NCBI GenBank assembly: GCA_963515485.1
Contig: CAUPWD010000004.1
Coordinates: forward strand, 9,716-73,715
Reading direction: 5' to 3'
From: an uncultured Candidatus Saccharibacteria bacterium
Lineage (GTDB): Bacteria > Patescibacteriota > Saccharimonadia > Saccharimonadales > Saccharimonadaceae
Length of the DNA stretch: 64,000 nucleotides
The translations under genes were made by a program, and so were the position numbers. The notes under the pieces were generated by a model. The model was given only the letters and a program-made list of their open reading frames with translations, was not told the DNA's origin and did not search any database. Below, piece by piece: positions 27,728 through 35,233 of this stretch; the first letter of the stretch is position 1, and each line of letters opens with the position of its first letter.

Positions 27728-28562
27728 AGTCTTCACCCATATTATGAAAATAAGCGGTCTTTGATACCTTGGAAGGATCAACTTTCAATGTGCCGTCCGT
27801 TTCTGCCTTTTTATATTCATCATCAAAAGCTATCATCGTATATTTTTCTACACTACTACGGTCAAAATCATACCTAGCATCAGTATCAAGATATATGTCA
27901 TAAGCCGCATTATAGTTTTTATCGTCATTGATTAGAAAATTTCGGAACGTTAATCTTCTGACCCTATACTCATCTGCCAGATTATTGATTTGATTCATGT
28001 TTCGAATTAAACTATTATGAGCATTTTTACGCGCCTCATCAAATGCACCTACATCCTTTGATTTCAATTCAAAATCGCGCTTACATTCTATATGCGCACA
28101 AACTTTATCATGCAGATCTCCGAGAATTTTAAGATGATTATCACGTTCTTCTGGATTTTCATTTTGTAAAATTTTCTGCTTCAGAGCTTCTTTTCTTTCT
28201 TCATAGAAATTTGCGGCATAAACCTCCGCGGTCATTAGTGAGTTAGCCGAGCCAATCATTTCTTCACGATCTTTCTCGTATTTCGAAGGATAGCAGGCAT
28301 CATATTCCGCCTCCTTCATTTTGAAAAATGCTCCGCCCACTTCATCTTCCCATTTCATAAATTCAGTTTCAGATATTTTATTAGCTTTCACTCTTCGATC
28401 AAAAGCCTGCTCCGCCCCCATGTAATAACGCGCCCAGTGTCTTGTATCCTCGCGCCTCCGTTCCATGAATTCCTCTTGACGTTTTACTCGTTCCGCAAAA
28501 TCATCAAATGCACTCGTATTTTTATTTTGACTATTAGAATTCGACAGTCTCTCCCCGGACAC
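27726..28562 (-). CDS. Hypothetical protein (278 aa), charged and helical
   Basis: GTG start 4 nt after GGAGG. No family recognised. Confidence 0.55.
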   Translation of the reverse strand: MSGERLSNSNSQNKNTSAFDDFAERVKRQEEFMERRREDTRHWARYYMGAEQAFDRRVKANKISETEFMKWEDEVGGAFFKMKEAEYDACYPSKYEKDREEMIGSANSLMTAEVYAANFYEERKEALKQKILQNENPEERDNHLKILGDLHDKVCAHIECKRDFELKSKDVGAFDEARKNAHNSLIRNMNQINNLADEYRVRRLTFRNFLINDDKNYNAAYDIYLDTDARYDFDRSSVEKYTMIAFDDEYKKAETDGTLKVDPSKVSKTAYFHNMGED

Positions 28563-28654
28563 TTTACCTCCTTTTTATTTATTTTATCACCGTTTTACCT
28601 AATTAAAACCTCTTTACATTTTTAAAAATCTCTGGTAAAATAGGTAAATAATTT

Positions 28655-28876
28655 ATGGCTAGTCAAAAGGAAGTGATCAAATTAGGCGGCACCGTCGTCG
28701 ATGCATTACCAAATACTCAATTTCGAGTAGAACTTGAGAATGGTCATATTATTATTGCGCACATGAGCGGAAAAATGCGCAAAAACTTTATCCGTCTTGT
28801 GCCAGGTGACAAGGTTGAGGTTGAACTTACCCCTTACGATCTTACGAAGGGCCGTATCAGCTTCCGCCTTAAATAA
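28655..28876 (+). CDS. infA: Translation initiation factor IF-1
   Basis: The S1-like IF-1 sequence ([41 protein letters not shown]) fits IF-1. Confidence 0.96.
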   Translation: MASQKEVIKLGGTVVDALPNTQFRVELENGHIIIAHMSGKMRKNFIRLVPGDKVEVELTPYDLTKGRISFRLK

Positions 28877-28964
28877 TATCAACCCTATTTTGGCGAACTC
28901 TGAAAAAATTTCCGCTTTTTCATTAGTACCTGAAATAGATTAACAAGGAAAGGATTTTTACACA

Positions 28965-29081
28965 GTGAAAGTACGTGCAAGTGTAAAGAAAATCTCCCCT
29001 GATGATATCTATGTTCGTCGCAAAGGCGTACTGCGTGTCATCAACAAGAAAAAACCTAAGAATAAGCAAAGGCAGGGTTAA
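28965..29081 (+). CDS. rpmJ: 50S ribosomal protein L36 (bL36), cysteine-less form, 38 aa, not in supplied ORF track
   Basis: I translated from the GTG start by hand: [38 protein letters not shown]. It lies between infA and rpsM. Confidence 0.88.
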   Translation: MKVRASVKKISPDDIYVRRKGVLRVINKKKPKNKQRQG

Positions 29082-29083
29082 GC

Positions 29084-29470
29084 ATGGCAAGAATTGCTAG
29101 CGTAGTCATCCCTTCCGAAAAACAAGTATGGATTGCCCTTACTTACATTTTTGGTATCGGACGCACTACCTCAAAAGCCATCCTTGCGGAGGCCAAAATT
29201 GAGCCTACCACTCGGGTGAAAGATCTCACCGAGGCTGAGGAACAGAAAATCAACGACATTATTTCTAGCAAATATCAAGTCGAAGGTGATCTGCGTCGCC
29301 TCGTAACAAACAATATCAAACGCATTAAGGACATCAATTCCTACAAGGGTGTCCGCCACAAGGCTGGTCTTCCAGTCAACGGCCAACGTACTCGTACGAA
29401 CGCACGTACACGTAAGGGTAAGGCGATCGCGGTCGGTGGAACACAACCAAAAGCAGCAAGTAAAACCTAG
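29084..29470 (+). CDS. rpsM: 30S ribosomal protein S13 (uS13)
   Basis: [26 protein letters not shown]. Confidence 0.96.
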   Translation: MARIASVVIPSEKQVWIALTYIFGIGRTTSKAILAEAKIEPTTRVKDLTEAEEQKINDIISSKYQVEGDLRRLVTNNIKRIKDINSYKGVRHKAGLPVNGQRTRTNARTRKGKAIAVGGTQPKAASKT

Positions 29471-29486
29471 TTAGTGGAGTAAAAAT

Positions 29487-29894
29487 ATGACAGAAGAAGT
29501 TAGAACTGAAGAAGTCAAAGTCAAAACCAAGAAAGGCAAGCGTATTGTCACTTCTGGTCAGGTCCACATCAAGGCCACCTTTAATAACACCATCATCAGC
29601 ATCTCAGACAAGAAAGGCCAAGTCCTCGCTCAGTCATCTGCTGGTGCTAACGGTTTTAGAGGTTCCAAGAAGGGTACAGCTTACGCTGCTCAAATCGCCG
29701 CTGAAAAAGCTGGTGAAATCGCCAAAAAAGATCACGGTCTGAATTCCGTCGACGTTTACGTCAAGGGTATCGGTCTCGGTCGTGATAGCGCCATCCGTGC
29801 TATCTCTGGTCTTGGCATCAAAATTGATAGTATAACCGACCAAACACCTATCGCTCATGGTGGTGTACGGCCTAAAGGAGAGAGGAAACCGTAA
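29487..29894 (+). CDS. rpsK: 30S ribosomal protein S11 (uS11)
   Basis: VHIKATFNNTIISISD...GFRGSKKGT fits S11. Confidence 0.96.
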   Translation: MTEEVRTEEVKVKTKKGKRIVTSGQVHIKATFNNTIISISDKKGQVLAQSSAGANGFRGSKKGTAYAAQIAAEKAGEIAKKDHGLNSVDVYVKGIGLGRDSAIRAISGLGIKIDSITDQTPIAHGGVRPKGERKP

Positions 29895-30511
29895 TGGCAC
29901 GAGATAAATCTCCAATTGTCAAACAAAGTCGTCGCGAGGGCTTTGCCCTAGCACCAAAAGCTCACAAAATCATGGCTAAAAAATCTGGTATTCCAGGTCA
30001 GCACGGTGATATGCGAGTTCGCGGTGGTAGTTTGTATCTTACCCAACTTCGCGAAAAGCAAAAAGTTCGTAGACTCTATGGTCTTCTCGAAAAACAATTT
30101 GCTAAATTGATGAAAGAAGCCCAAAAGGCCGAAGGTCTAACCGGTGAAATCCTTCTAGAATTCCTAGAACGCCGCGCAGATAACGTTGTTTTCCGCGCTG
30201 GTTTCGCTTCTACTCGTCGCCAAGCACGCCAACTTGTCTCTCACGGACACTTCACTCTTAACGGTCGCCGTGTTGACATCCCTTCAATCCGCTTGAAGGC
30301 TGGTGACAAACTCGAAGTACGCGCTAAGTCTCAAAAGTCTGAATACTTCAAGAATCTCGACAACATCGTCGCTGCAAGTGGCGTTACTCCACTCAGCTGG
30401 ATGAAGTCTGATGCTAAGAAAATGACTATCGAAATTACTGGCAAGCCAAAACGCGAAGAAGCCGAAGCAGGCATTAACGAACAACTAATCGTTGAGTATT
30501 ACTCACGCTAA
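29894..30511 (+). CDS. rpsD: 30S ribosomal protein S4 (uS4)
   Basis: LYLTQLREKQKVRRLYG and an S4 domain (RQARQLVSHGHFTLNGRRV). Confidence 0.96.
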   Translation: MARDKSPIVKQSRREGFALAPKAHKIMAKKSGIPGQHGDMRVRGGSLYLTQLREKQKVRRLYGLLEKQFAKLMKEAQKAEGLTGEILLEFLERRADNVVFRAGFASTRRQARQLVSHGHFTLNGRRVDIPSIRLKAGDKLEVRAKSQKSEYFKNLDNIVAASGVTPLSWMKSDAKKMTIEITGKPKREEAEAGINEQLIVEYYSR

Positions 30512-30519
30512 GGAGAACA

Positions 30520-31470
30520 ATGACAACAAAAGTAATTCACGAAGCAAATCTTGCAGAAGTCATCGACGTATCCGAGAACTGTGCCTCATTTGTAATCAAA
30601 CCACTTTACTACGGCTATGGTAACACTTTAGGTAACTCTCTCCGCCGCGTCTTACTCTCAAGTATTAAGGGTGCTGCAATTACTTCCTTCAGTATCGAAG
30701 GTACTACTCACGAATTCACTGCAATCGAAGGTATTCGTGAAGATGTCGTCGACATCATGCTCAACCTTAAAAACATTCGTTTTAAGAGCCACTCCGACGC
30801 TCCAGTCGAGCTTACTCTTGAAATCAAAGGTAGCGAACAATCCAAAAAAGATGGTGACGCACGTGTCGTCGCCGGCGATATTAAACTCACTAACGAAGTT
30901 GAAATCGCTAACCCAAACCAGGTAATTTGTCACATTGATGATCCAAATTACACTTTGAAGATGCGCTTCATCGTCGAATCTGGCCGTGGTTATCTTACTA
31001 TTGAGCGCTCAGCCGAAGAACGCATCCACAGCGACATGATCGCTCTCGATGCCGTCTTCACCCCTGTAATTCGCGTTCGTTTCAATGCTGAAAACACTCG
31101 TGTTGGTCAAGATATCAATCTTCAACAATTGACTATCACTGTCGAAACCGATGGTACCATCACCCCACGTGAAGCTTTCGAAGAAGCCGCTGCGATTCTG
31201 GTCAATCAATACCAGGCTCTTGCTGGGAAAACCGTCGCTGACACCGCTCCAGCTCCAGGCTCCAAGAACGAACAGGAAGATGCTGGTCTGATGCTTCCAA
31301 TCGAAGAGTTAGGCCTTTCAGCTCGTACTGCTAACGCTCTTGTGAACAACGCAATTCACACTATCAGAGACCTCGTTGTCTTGTCTGAAACCGACCTCAA
31401 GGACCTCAAAGGCTTCGGTCAAAAGGCTCTTGATGAGGTTAAAAATAAACTTAAGGAGTTAAATATCTAA
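30520..31470 (+). CDS. rpoA: DNA-directed RNA polymerase subunit alpha
   Basis: 316 aa with an NTD (GYGNTLGNSLRRVLLSS) and a CTD (LGLSARTANAL). Confidence 0.96.
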   Translation: MTTKVIHEANLAEVIDVSENCASFVIKPLYYGYGNTLGNSLRRVLLSSIKGAAITSFSIEGTTHEFTAIEGIREDVVDIMLNLKNIRFKSHSDAPVELTLEIKGSEQSKKDGDARVVAGDIKLTNEVEIANPNQVICHIDDPNYTLKMRFIVESGRGYLTIERSAEERIHSDMIALDAVFTPVIRVRFNAENTRVGQDINLQQLTITVETDGTITPREAFEEAAAILVNQYQALAGKTVADTAPAPGSKNEQEDAGLMLPIEELGLSARTANALVNNAIHTIRDLVVLSETDLKDLKGFGQKALDEVKNKLKELNI

Positions 31471-31850
31471 TGCATCGCCACGGATATAAAGGCCGCAAGT
31501 TCGGCCGTGAAACCGACCAGAGAAGGGCACTACTACGTGGGCTGATGTGCTCTCTGATCAAATACCAGTCGATCACCGTGACTCTAGCTCGCGCTAAAGA
31601 AATGCGCCGCTATACCGAGAAGCTTATCACCATCGCTAAAAAAGGTGGTCTCACTAATCGCCGTCTCCTCATCGCAAGATTGGATGACCTTGAAGTTGCA
31701 GACCTCTTGATGGATGTTATTGCTCCTCAAATCGAACGTGATTCTGGTTACCTCAGAATTGAACGCGCTAGCTTCCGCAAGGGTGACCACGCTGAAATGG
31801 GTACTATCTCATTTGTCGATTCTATCAATCTAAATAAGGAGGCTAAATAA
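31470..31850 (+). CDS. rplQ: 50S ribosomal protein L17 (bL17)
   Basis: MHRHGYKGRKFGRETDQRRALLRGL. Confidence 0.95.
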   Translation: MHRHGYKGRKFGRETDQRRALLRGLMCSLIKYQSITVTLARAKEMRRYTEKLITIAKKGGLTNRRLLIARLDDLEVADLLMDVIAPQIERDSGYLRIERASFRKGDHAEMGTISFVDSINLNKEAK

Positions 31851-32275
31851 TGAAGACTTTTAGCCAAAAATCCGCTGAAATCAAGCGCGAATGGTATGTT
31901 ATCGATGCCGCTTCTTTACCACTTGGTAAATTAGCTGTCGTCATCGCTGACAAACTCATGGGTAAGTCTAAAGTTACTTACACTCCACATATTGACAATG
32001 GTGACTACGTCATCGTCTTGAACGCTAAGAACATCCAAGTTACTGGCAACAAGATGGTTGAAAAAATGTACTACCGTCACAGTGGCTTCCCAGGTGGTCT
32101 CACCGAGCTCAAACTCGAAGAAATCATCGAGAAGAATCCAGCTTACGCCATCAAAGAAGCTGTCAAAGGCATGCTTCCAAAGAACAAGCTCGCTGACGAT
32201 CGTTTAGCTCGTCTCCGTGTCTTCAATGGCGCTGAGCACACTCATTCCGCTCAAAATCCAAAGGAGATTAAATAA
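31850..32275 (+). CDS. rplM: 50S ribosomal protein L13 (uL13)
   Basis: EWYVIDAASLPLGKLA...YYRHSGFPGG fits L13. Confidence 0.95.
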   Translation: MKTFSQKSAEIKREWYVIDAASLPLGKLAVVIADKLMGKSKVTYTPHIDNGDYVIVLNAKNIQVTGNKMVEKMYYRHSGFPGGLTELKLEEIIEKNPAYAIKEAVKGMLPKNKLADDRLARLRVFNGAEHTHSAQNPKEIK

Positions 32276-32670
32276 TGGCAACCAAATATTCCTACGGACT
32301 TGGTCGTCGCAAAGCAGCTACTGCTCGCGCACGTCTATTTAAGGGTAAAGGTGAAATCACCATCAATAACAAGCCAGCTTTGGAATATCTTTCCTTAAAC
32401 AAAAGCTTGCTCGCTGAAGTGACCGATCCTTTAGCTCTCGTTAACAAGCAAAAAGAATTTGATGTTACCATCCTGGTTTCCGGTGGTGGTCTAGCTGGTC
32501 AAGTTGACGCAATCAAATTGGCAATCTCTAAGGCTCTTACCTTGGAATTCCCAGATTTACGTCCAGTCTTGAAGAAAGCTGGTCTCATCAAGCGCGATCC
32601 ACGCGAAAAAGAACGCAAAAAATACGGTTTACGTTCTGCTCGCAAACGCGAACAATTCTCCAAGCGTTAA
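32275..32670 (+). CDS. rpsI: 30S ribosomal protein S9 (uS9)
   Basis: The C-terminal DPREKERKKYGLRSARKREQFSKR sequence fits S9. Confidence 0.95.
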   Translation: MATKYSYGLGRRKAATARARLFKGKGEITINNKPALEYLSLNKSLLAEVTDPLALVNKQKEFDVTILVSGGGLAGQVDAIKLAISKALTLEFPDLRPVLKKAGLIKRDPREKERKKYGLRSARKREQFSKR

Positions 32671-32680
32671 TCAAAAGAAA

Positions 32681-32707
32681 ATACTCCTCTTCTGGGGAGT
32701 ATTTTTT
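32681..32707 (+). terminator. Intrinsic terminator after rpsI
   Basis: ATACTCC-loop-GGAGTAT stem plus T6. Confidence 0.8.
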
Positions 32708-32753
32708 ATGACAAGAAAGCATTTTTATGCGAAGAGAGTATTTTTTTATGCCG

Positions 32754-32779
32754 AGAAAAAAGCCCGTGAATCACGGGCT
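32754..32779 (-). terminator. Intrinsic terminator of the minus-strand gene
   Basis: AGCCCGTG-A-TCACGGGCT stem overlapping the stop codon, followed by T6 on the minus strand. Confidence 0.7.
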
Positions 32780-33122
32780 AGGCAGACATTGCTTCAAGAT
32801 TGTAATTTTCCCGAAGAAACTTACTAAAATCCCGAATCCAGCAGGTCGCCAGATGCCGATAAGTCTGCGAAATGCGCAGTACGATGGTTTTGGTTTCCTT
32901 AAAATCTCTGTAATCCGAGAGAAAGGTTAATTCCGCCCCCGTAAATGTGCCAAGAGAATCTTCTAATAATCGAAATTCCACCTCGTCTGGCAGCTTATCC
33001 TGAATATAATTGATCGTGAAGTAGCTCCACCCGAGTTCCTTACTCAGACTGAGCTCGATACCAGCAGTTTTCGCGTGCTGACTATTGAATCTCTCAAAAA
33101 ACTTTGTCATTTCTTTACGCAT
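32778..33122 (-). CDS. Hypothetical protein (114 aa)
   Basis: ATG 33122 lies 8 nt after GGGGG. No family recognised. Confidence 0.5.
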   Translation of the reverse strand: MRKEMTKFFERFNSQHAKTAGIELSLSKELGWSYFTINYIQDKLPDEVEFRLLEDSLGTFTGAELTFLSDYRDFKETKTIVLRISQTYRHLATCWIRDFSKFLRENYNLEAMSA

Positions 33123-33153
33123 AAAAAATACCCCCATTCTAGGTTCTATTGTT

Positions 33154-33265
33154 TAACATAAGCAATCTCTATTATTATAACCCAACATAAGCGAAATCGG
33201 TCAAAAAATAGAAAAAATCCGTCTAACATAAGCGAAATCAATCAAAAGTCGAACAAAAATCCGCA
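33154..33265. repeat. Direct repeats AACATAAGC(G)AAATC (3 copies), the last two extended to ~40-nt tandem units
   Basis: Copies start at 33155, 33184 and 33225. Units two and three also share TCAAAA...AAAAATCCG. They sit in a divergent intergenic region. Confidence 0.7.
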
Positions 33266-33285
33266 ATATCCGCTATAATAAAGTC

Positions 33286-33819
33286 ATGGCAGAAACTAAT
33301 GAATCCGCAGTGCTTTATCAAATCAATCTCAAAAACTTGATTAAAGCTCTCAAATCACCTTCTTATCTCAAACGTTTTATTAATTATAATAAACATATTG
33401 TATTGTATTTTGTTTTCGGCGTCCTCACTACCGTCGTCAACCTTATTAGTTTTTATATCTTTGCTGAAATTCTCCAGATTGAAACCATTCCAGCCACCAT
33501 TTGGGCCTGGGTCGTTGCTGTAGCCTTTGCTTTTATTACCAATCGTCTCTATGTTTTCGAAAGCACCGCCAAAACTCACGCCGCCATCCTCCGCGAAGCC
33601 ATACTTTTTTTCATTGCACGCCTAGTTACACTCGGCATTGAAGTCTTTATCATGTGGCTCTCCGTCGATGTTTGCGGTCAAAATAAACTTATCTGGAAAG
33701 TTATCTGTAATATTATTGTCATTATCGTAAACTATACTCTCAGTAAAGCTGTCGTTTTCTCCAGTAGCCGTACTTCCAAACGTCTCGGAAAACGCCAAGA
33801 TAAAAAGAATAGTCAATAA
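33286..33819 (+). CDS. GtrA-family membrane protein
   Basis: 4 TM segments and a GtrA-like pattern (YFVFGVLTTVVNLISFYIF...FAFITNRLYVFES). Confidence 0.75.
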   Translation: MAETNESAVLYQINLKNLIKALKSPSYLKRFINYNKHIVLYFVFGVLTTVVNLISFYIFAEILQIETIPATIWAWVVAVAFAFITNRLYVFESTAKTHAAILREAILFFIARLVTLGIEVFIMWLSVDVCGQNKLIWKVICNIIVIIVNYTLSKAVVFSSSRTSKRLGKRQDKKNSQ

Positions 33820-33883
33820 TTGCTTCACCTAACCGCGAAATCAATTCGATATATCTACTACAAGAAACCGGACACTAATTCCG

Positions 33884-33912
33884 CTTGCCAAAACATCCAA
33901 AAAGATGTATAA
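33884..33912 (+). promoter_or_regulatory. Promoter (TTGCCA-17-TATAAT)
   Basis: The -35, a 17-nt spacer and a consensus -10, upstream of the ORF at 33957. Confidence 0.6.
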
Positions 33913-33956
33913 TATAAATATTGTTGGGCACTTACCTACAAAGGGGGAAATGTAAA

Positions 33957-34298
33957 ATGATGAATTTTAAACATGAGGATCTACCTTATAGAACATTAAC
34001 TGCCACTGATAAGAAGTGCATGATACCTGAAATATTAGAGTGTACACCTGATGGTAGACTTACTTTTGGCCAAGTAGTTGAGTTGCATGAATCCGCAGCT
34101 ACGGCTGAACGTTCATGGCGTATTAATGAGCATAAGTCTAATCATCACTTTGATGAATGTTGCAAAGAACACAATAAATATCCTAATTGCAATTACCAGA
34201 AAGCAGGCTACCACGAGGATAAAGCTGAATGGTATGCCTATATGGCCGAACTACGCCATAAGCAACATGACGCTTTTATGGAGCTCTTAAGAAATTAG
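33957..34298 (+). CDS. Hypothetical Cys/His-rich small protein (113 aa)
   Basis: AGGGGGA RBS. HHFDECCKEHNKYPNCNY cluster. Its own terminator (GGGAG..CTCCC+T6 near 34369-34393). Confidence 0.5.
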   Translation: MMNFKHEDLPYRTLTATDKKCMIPEILECTPDGRLTFGQVVELHESAATAERSWRINEHKSNHHFDECCKEHNKYPNCNYQKAGYHEDKAEWYAYMAELRHKQHDAFMELLRN

Positions 34299-34509
34299 CA
34301 ATTTAAAGATTTTTGATTATTTAACATAATTTTAAATTTCGTATCCATCAAACCAATGCCCAACAACACGGGAGTCAGCAGGCTCCCATTTTTTATCCTT
34401 CATAAAAAACTTACTCTACGGTTTGCGTTTTATGTTAAATCTGGTATAATATATAAGTCACGTATATGCGCCTACATTTTTGGCGTGCACATTAACAAGG
34501 AGGGTGTTT

Positions 34510-34917
34510 ATGTCAGAAAATTCTGAAATTGCCGTACTGAAAATAAACTTATGCGAAACTAATCGCAGTATTGAGAAGGCCGAAGCCAATCATGACTTAA
34601 TTCGTGCCGAGTACGATGCTACCATTAAGCGTCACAGTGCCTTTTATGGGCCGATTGAAAGACTACGAATTCAGCTTGCCTCTGAAAATCTCAAATCCAG
34701 ACCCCAGAGAAGTCTTATTGAGACATTGAATCAGGAACTTGAAGATCTGCTTAAAGAGCAAGGTGTTGTAAAGTCGGAAATCGATAGCCTTAAGCGCAAA
34801 AAAAGTCGTGCTTACAGTGAAATTCAAACTTTGAAAAACAAATTAAAAAAGTTAGATGAAAAAATTCGTTCCAAAAGTGGTAACCTAGAGCCATACAAAA
34901 GGCCGCGCAGAAATTAA
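34510..34917 (+). CDS. Hypothetical coiled-coil protein (135 aa)
   Basis: AAGGAGGG RBS. Heptad-like charged sequence and a basic C-terminus. Confidence 0.5.
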   Translation: MSENSEIAVLKINLCETNRSIEKAEANHDLIRAEYDATIKRHSAFYGPIERLRIQLASENLKSRPQRSLIETLNQELEDLLKEQGVVKSEIDSLKRKKSRAYSEIQTLKNKLKKLDEKIRSKSGNLEPYKRPRRN

Positions 34918-35003
34918 AACAGAGAGGGGAATTATGCCGCAAAAATTCATCACTGAAAAATTAATACGCAGTAGCTGACTAATCATTCAACTTGAAATTT
35001 TTA

Positions 35004-35031
35004 AGAACCGGAGTCTCTTCGGTTCTTTTTT
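35004..35031 (+). terminator. Intrinsic terminator
   Basis: AGAACCG-loop-CGGTTCT stem plus T6. Confidence 0.75.
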
Positions 35032-35128
35032 ATGGACAAAAATTAGTAAAATAAAAATTCCAAGTCTACTTACGAACTTCGGACCAGAATCCCCATTTGC
35101 TTTTGATGTATTTTTATCTGTTATCAAG

Positions 35129-35157
35129 TTGACTCTATCTAGAAAAAGTTATAGAAT
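35129..35157 (+). promoter_or_regulatory. Putative promoter of polysaccharide operon (TTGACT-17-TAGAAT)
   Basis: Good -35/-10 spacing, about 75 nt upstream of ATG 35234. Confidence 0.5.
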
Positions 35158-35233
35158 ATTAAGTAATTAATAAGAAAAAACTACAAAGTTGAGGTTGTAG
35201 TTTTATAAATAAAGGAAGATCGAGACTCACAAG

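Noticed and set aside
32727-32930. Plus-strand 67-aa ORF overlapping the 3' end of the minus-strand gene 32778-33122.
   Set aside because: It starts inside the rpsI terminator region, has no RBS, and spans the bidirectional hairpin. The minus-strand gene has the better start and terminator context.
34934-34978. A 14-codon micro-ORF (MPQKFITEKLIRSS) with a good GAGGGG RBS after the coiled-coil gene.
   Set aside because: It is too short to support without conservation or ribosome-profiling data, and it could be a chance occurrence just upstream of the terminator.
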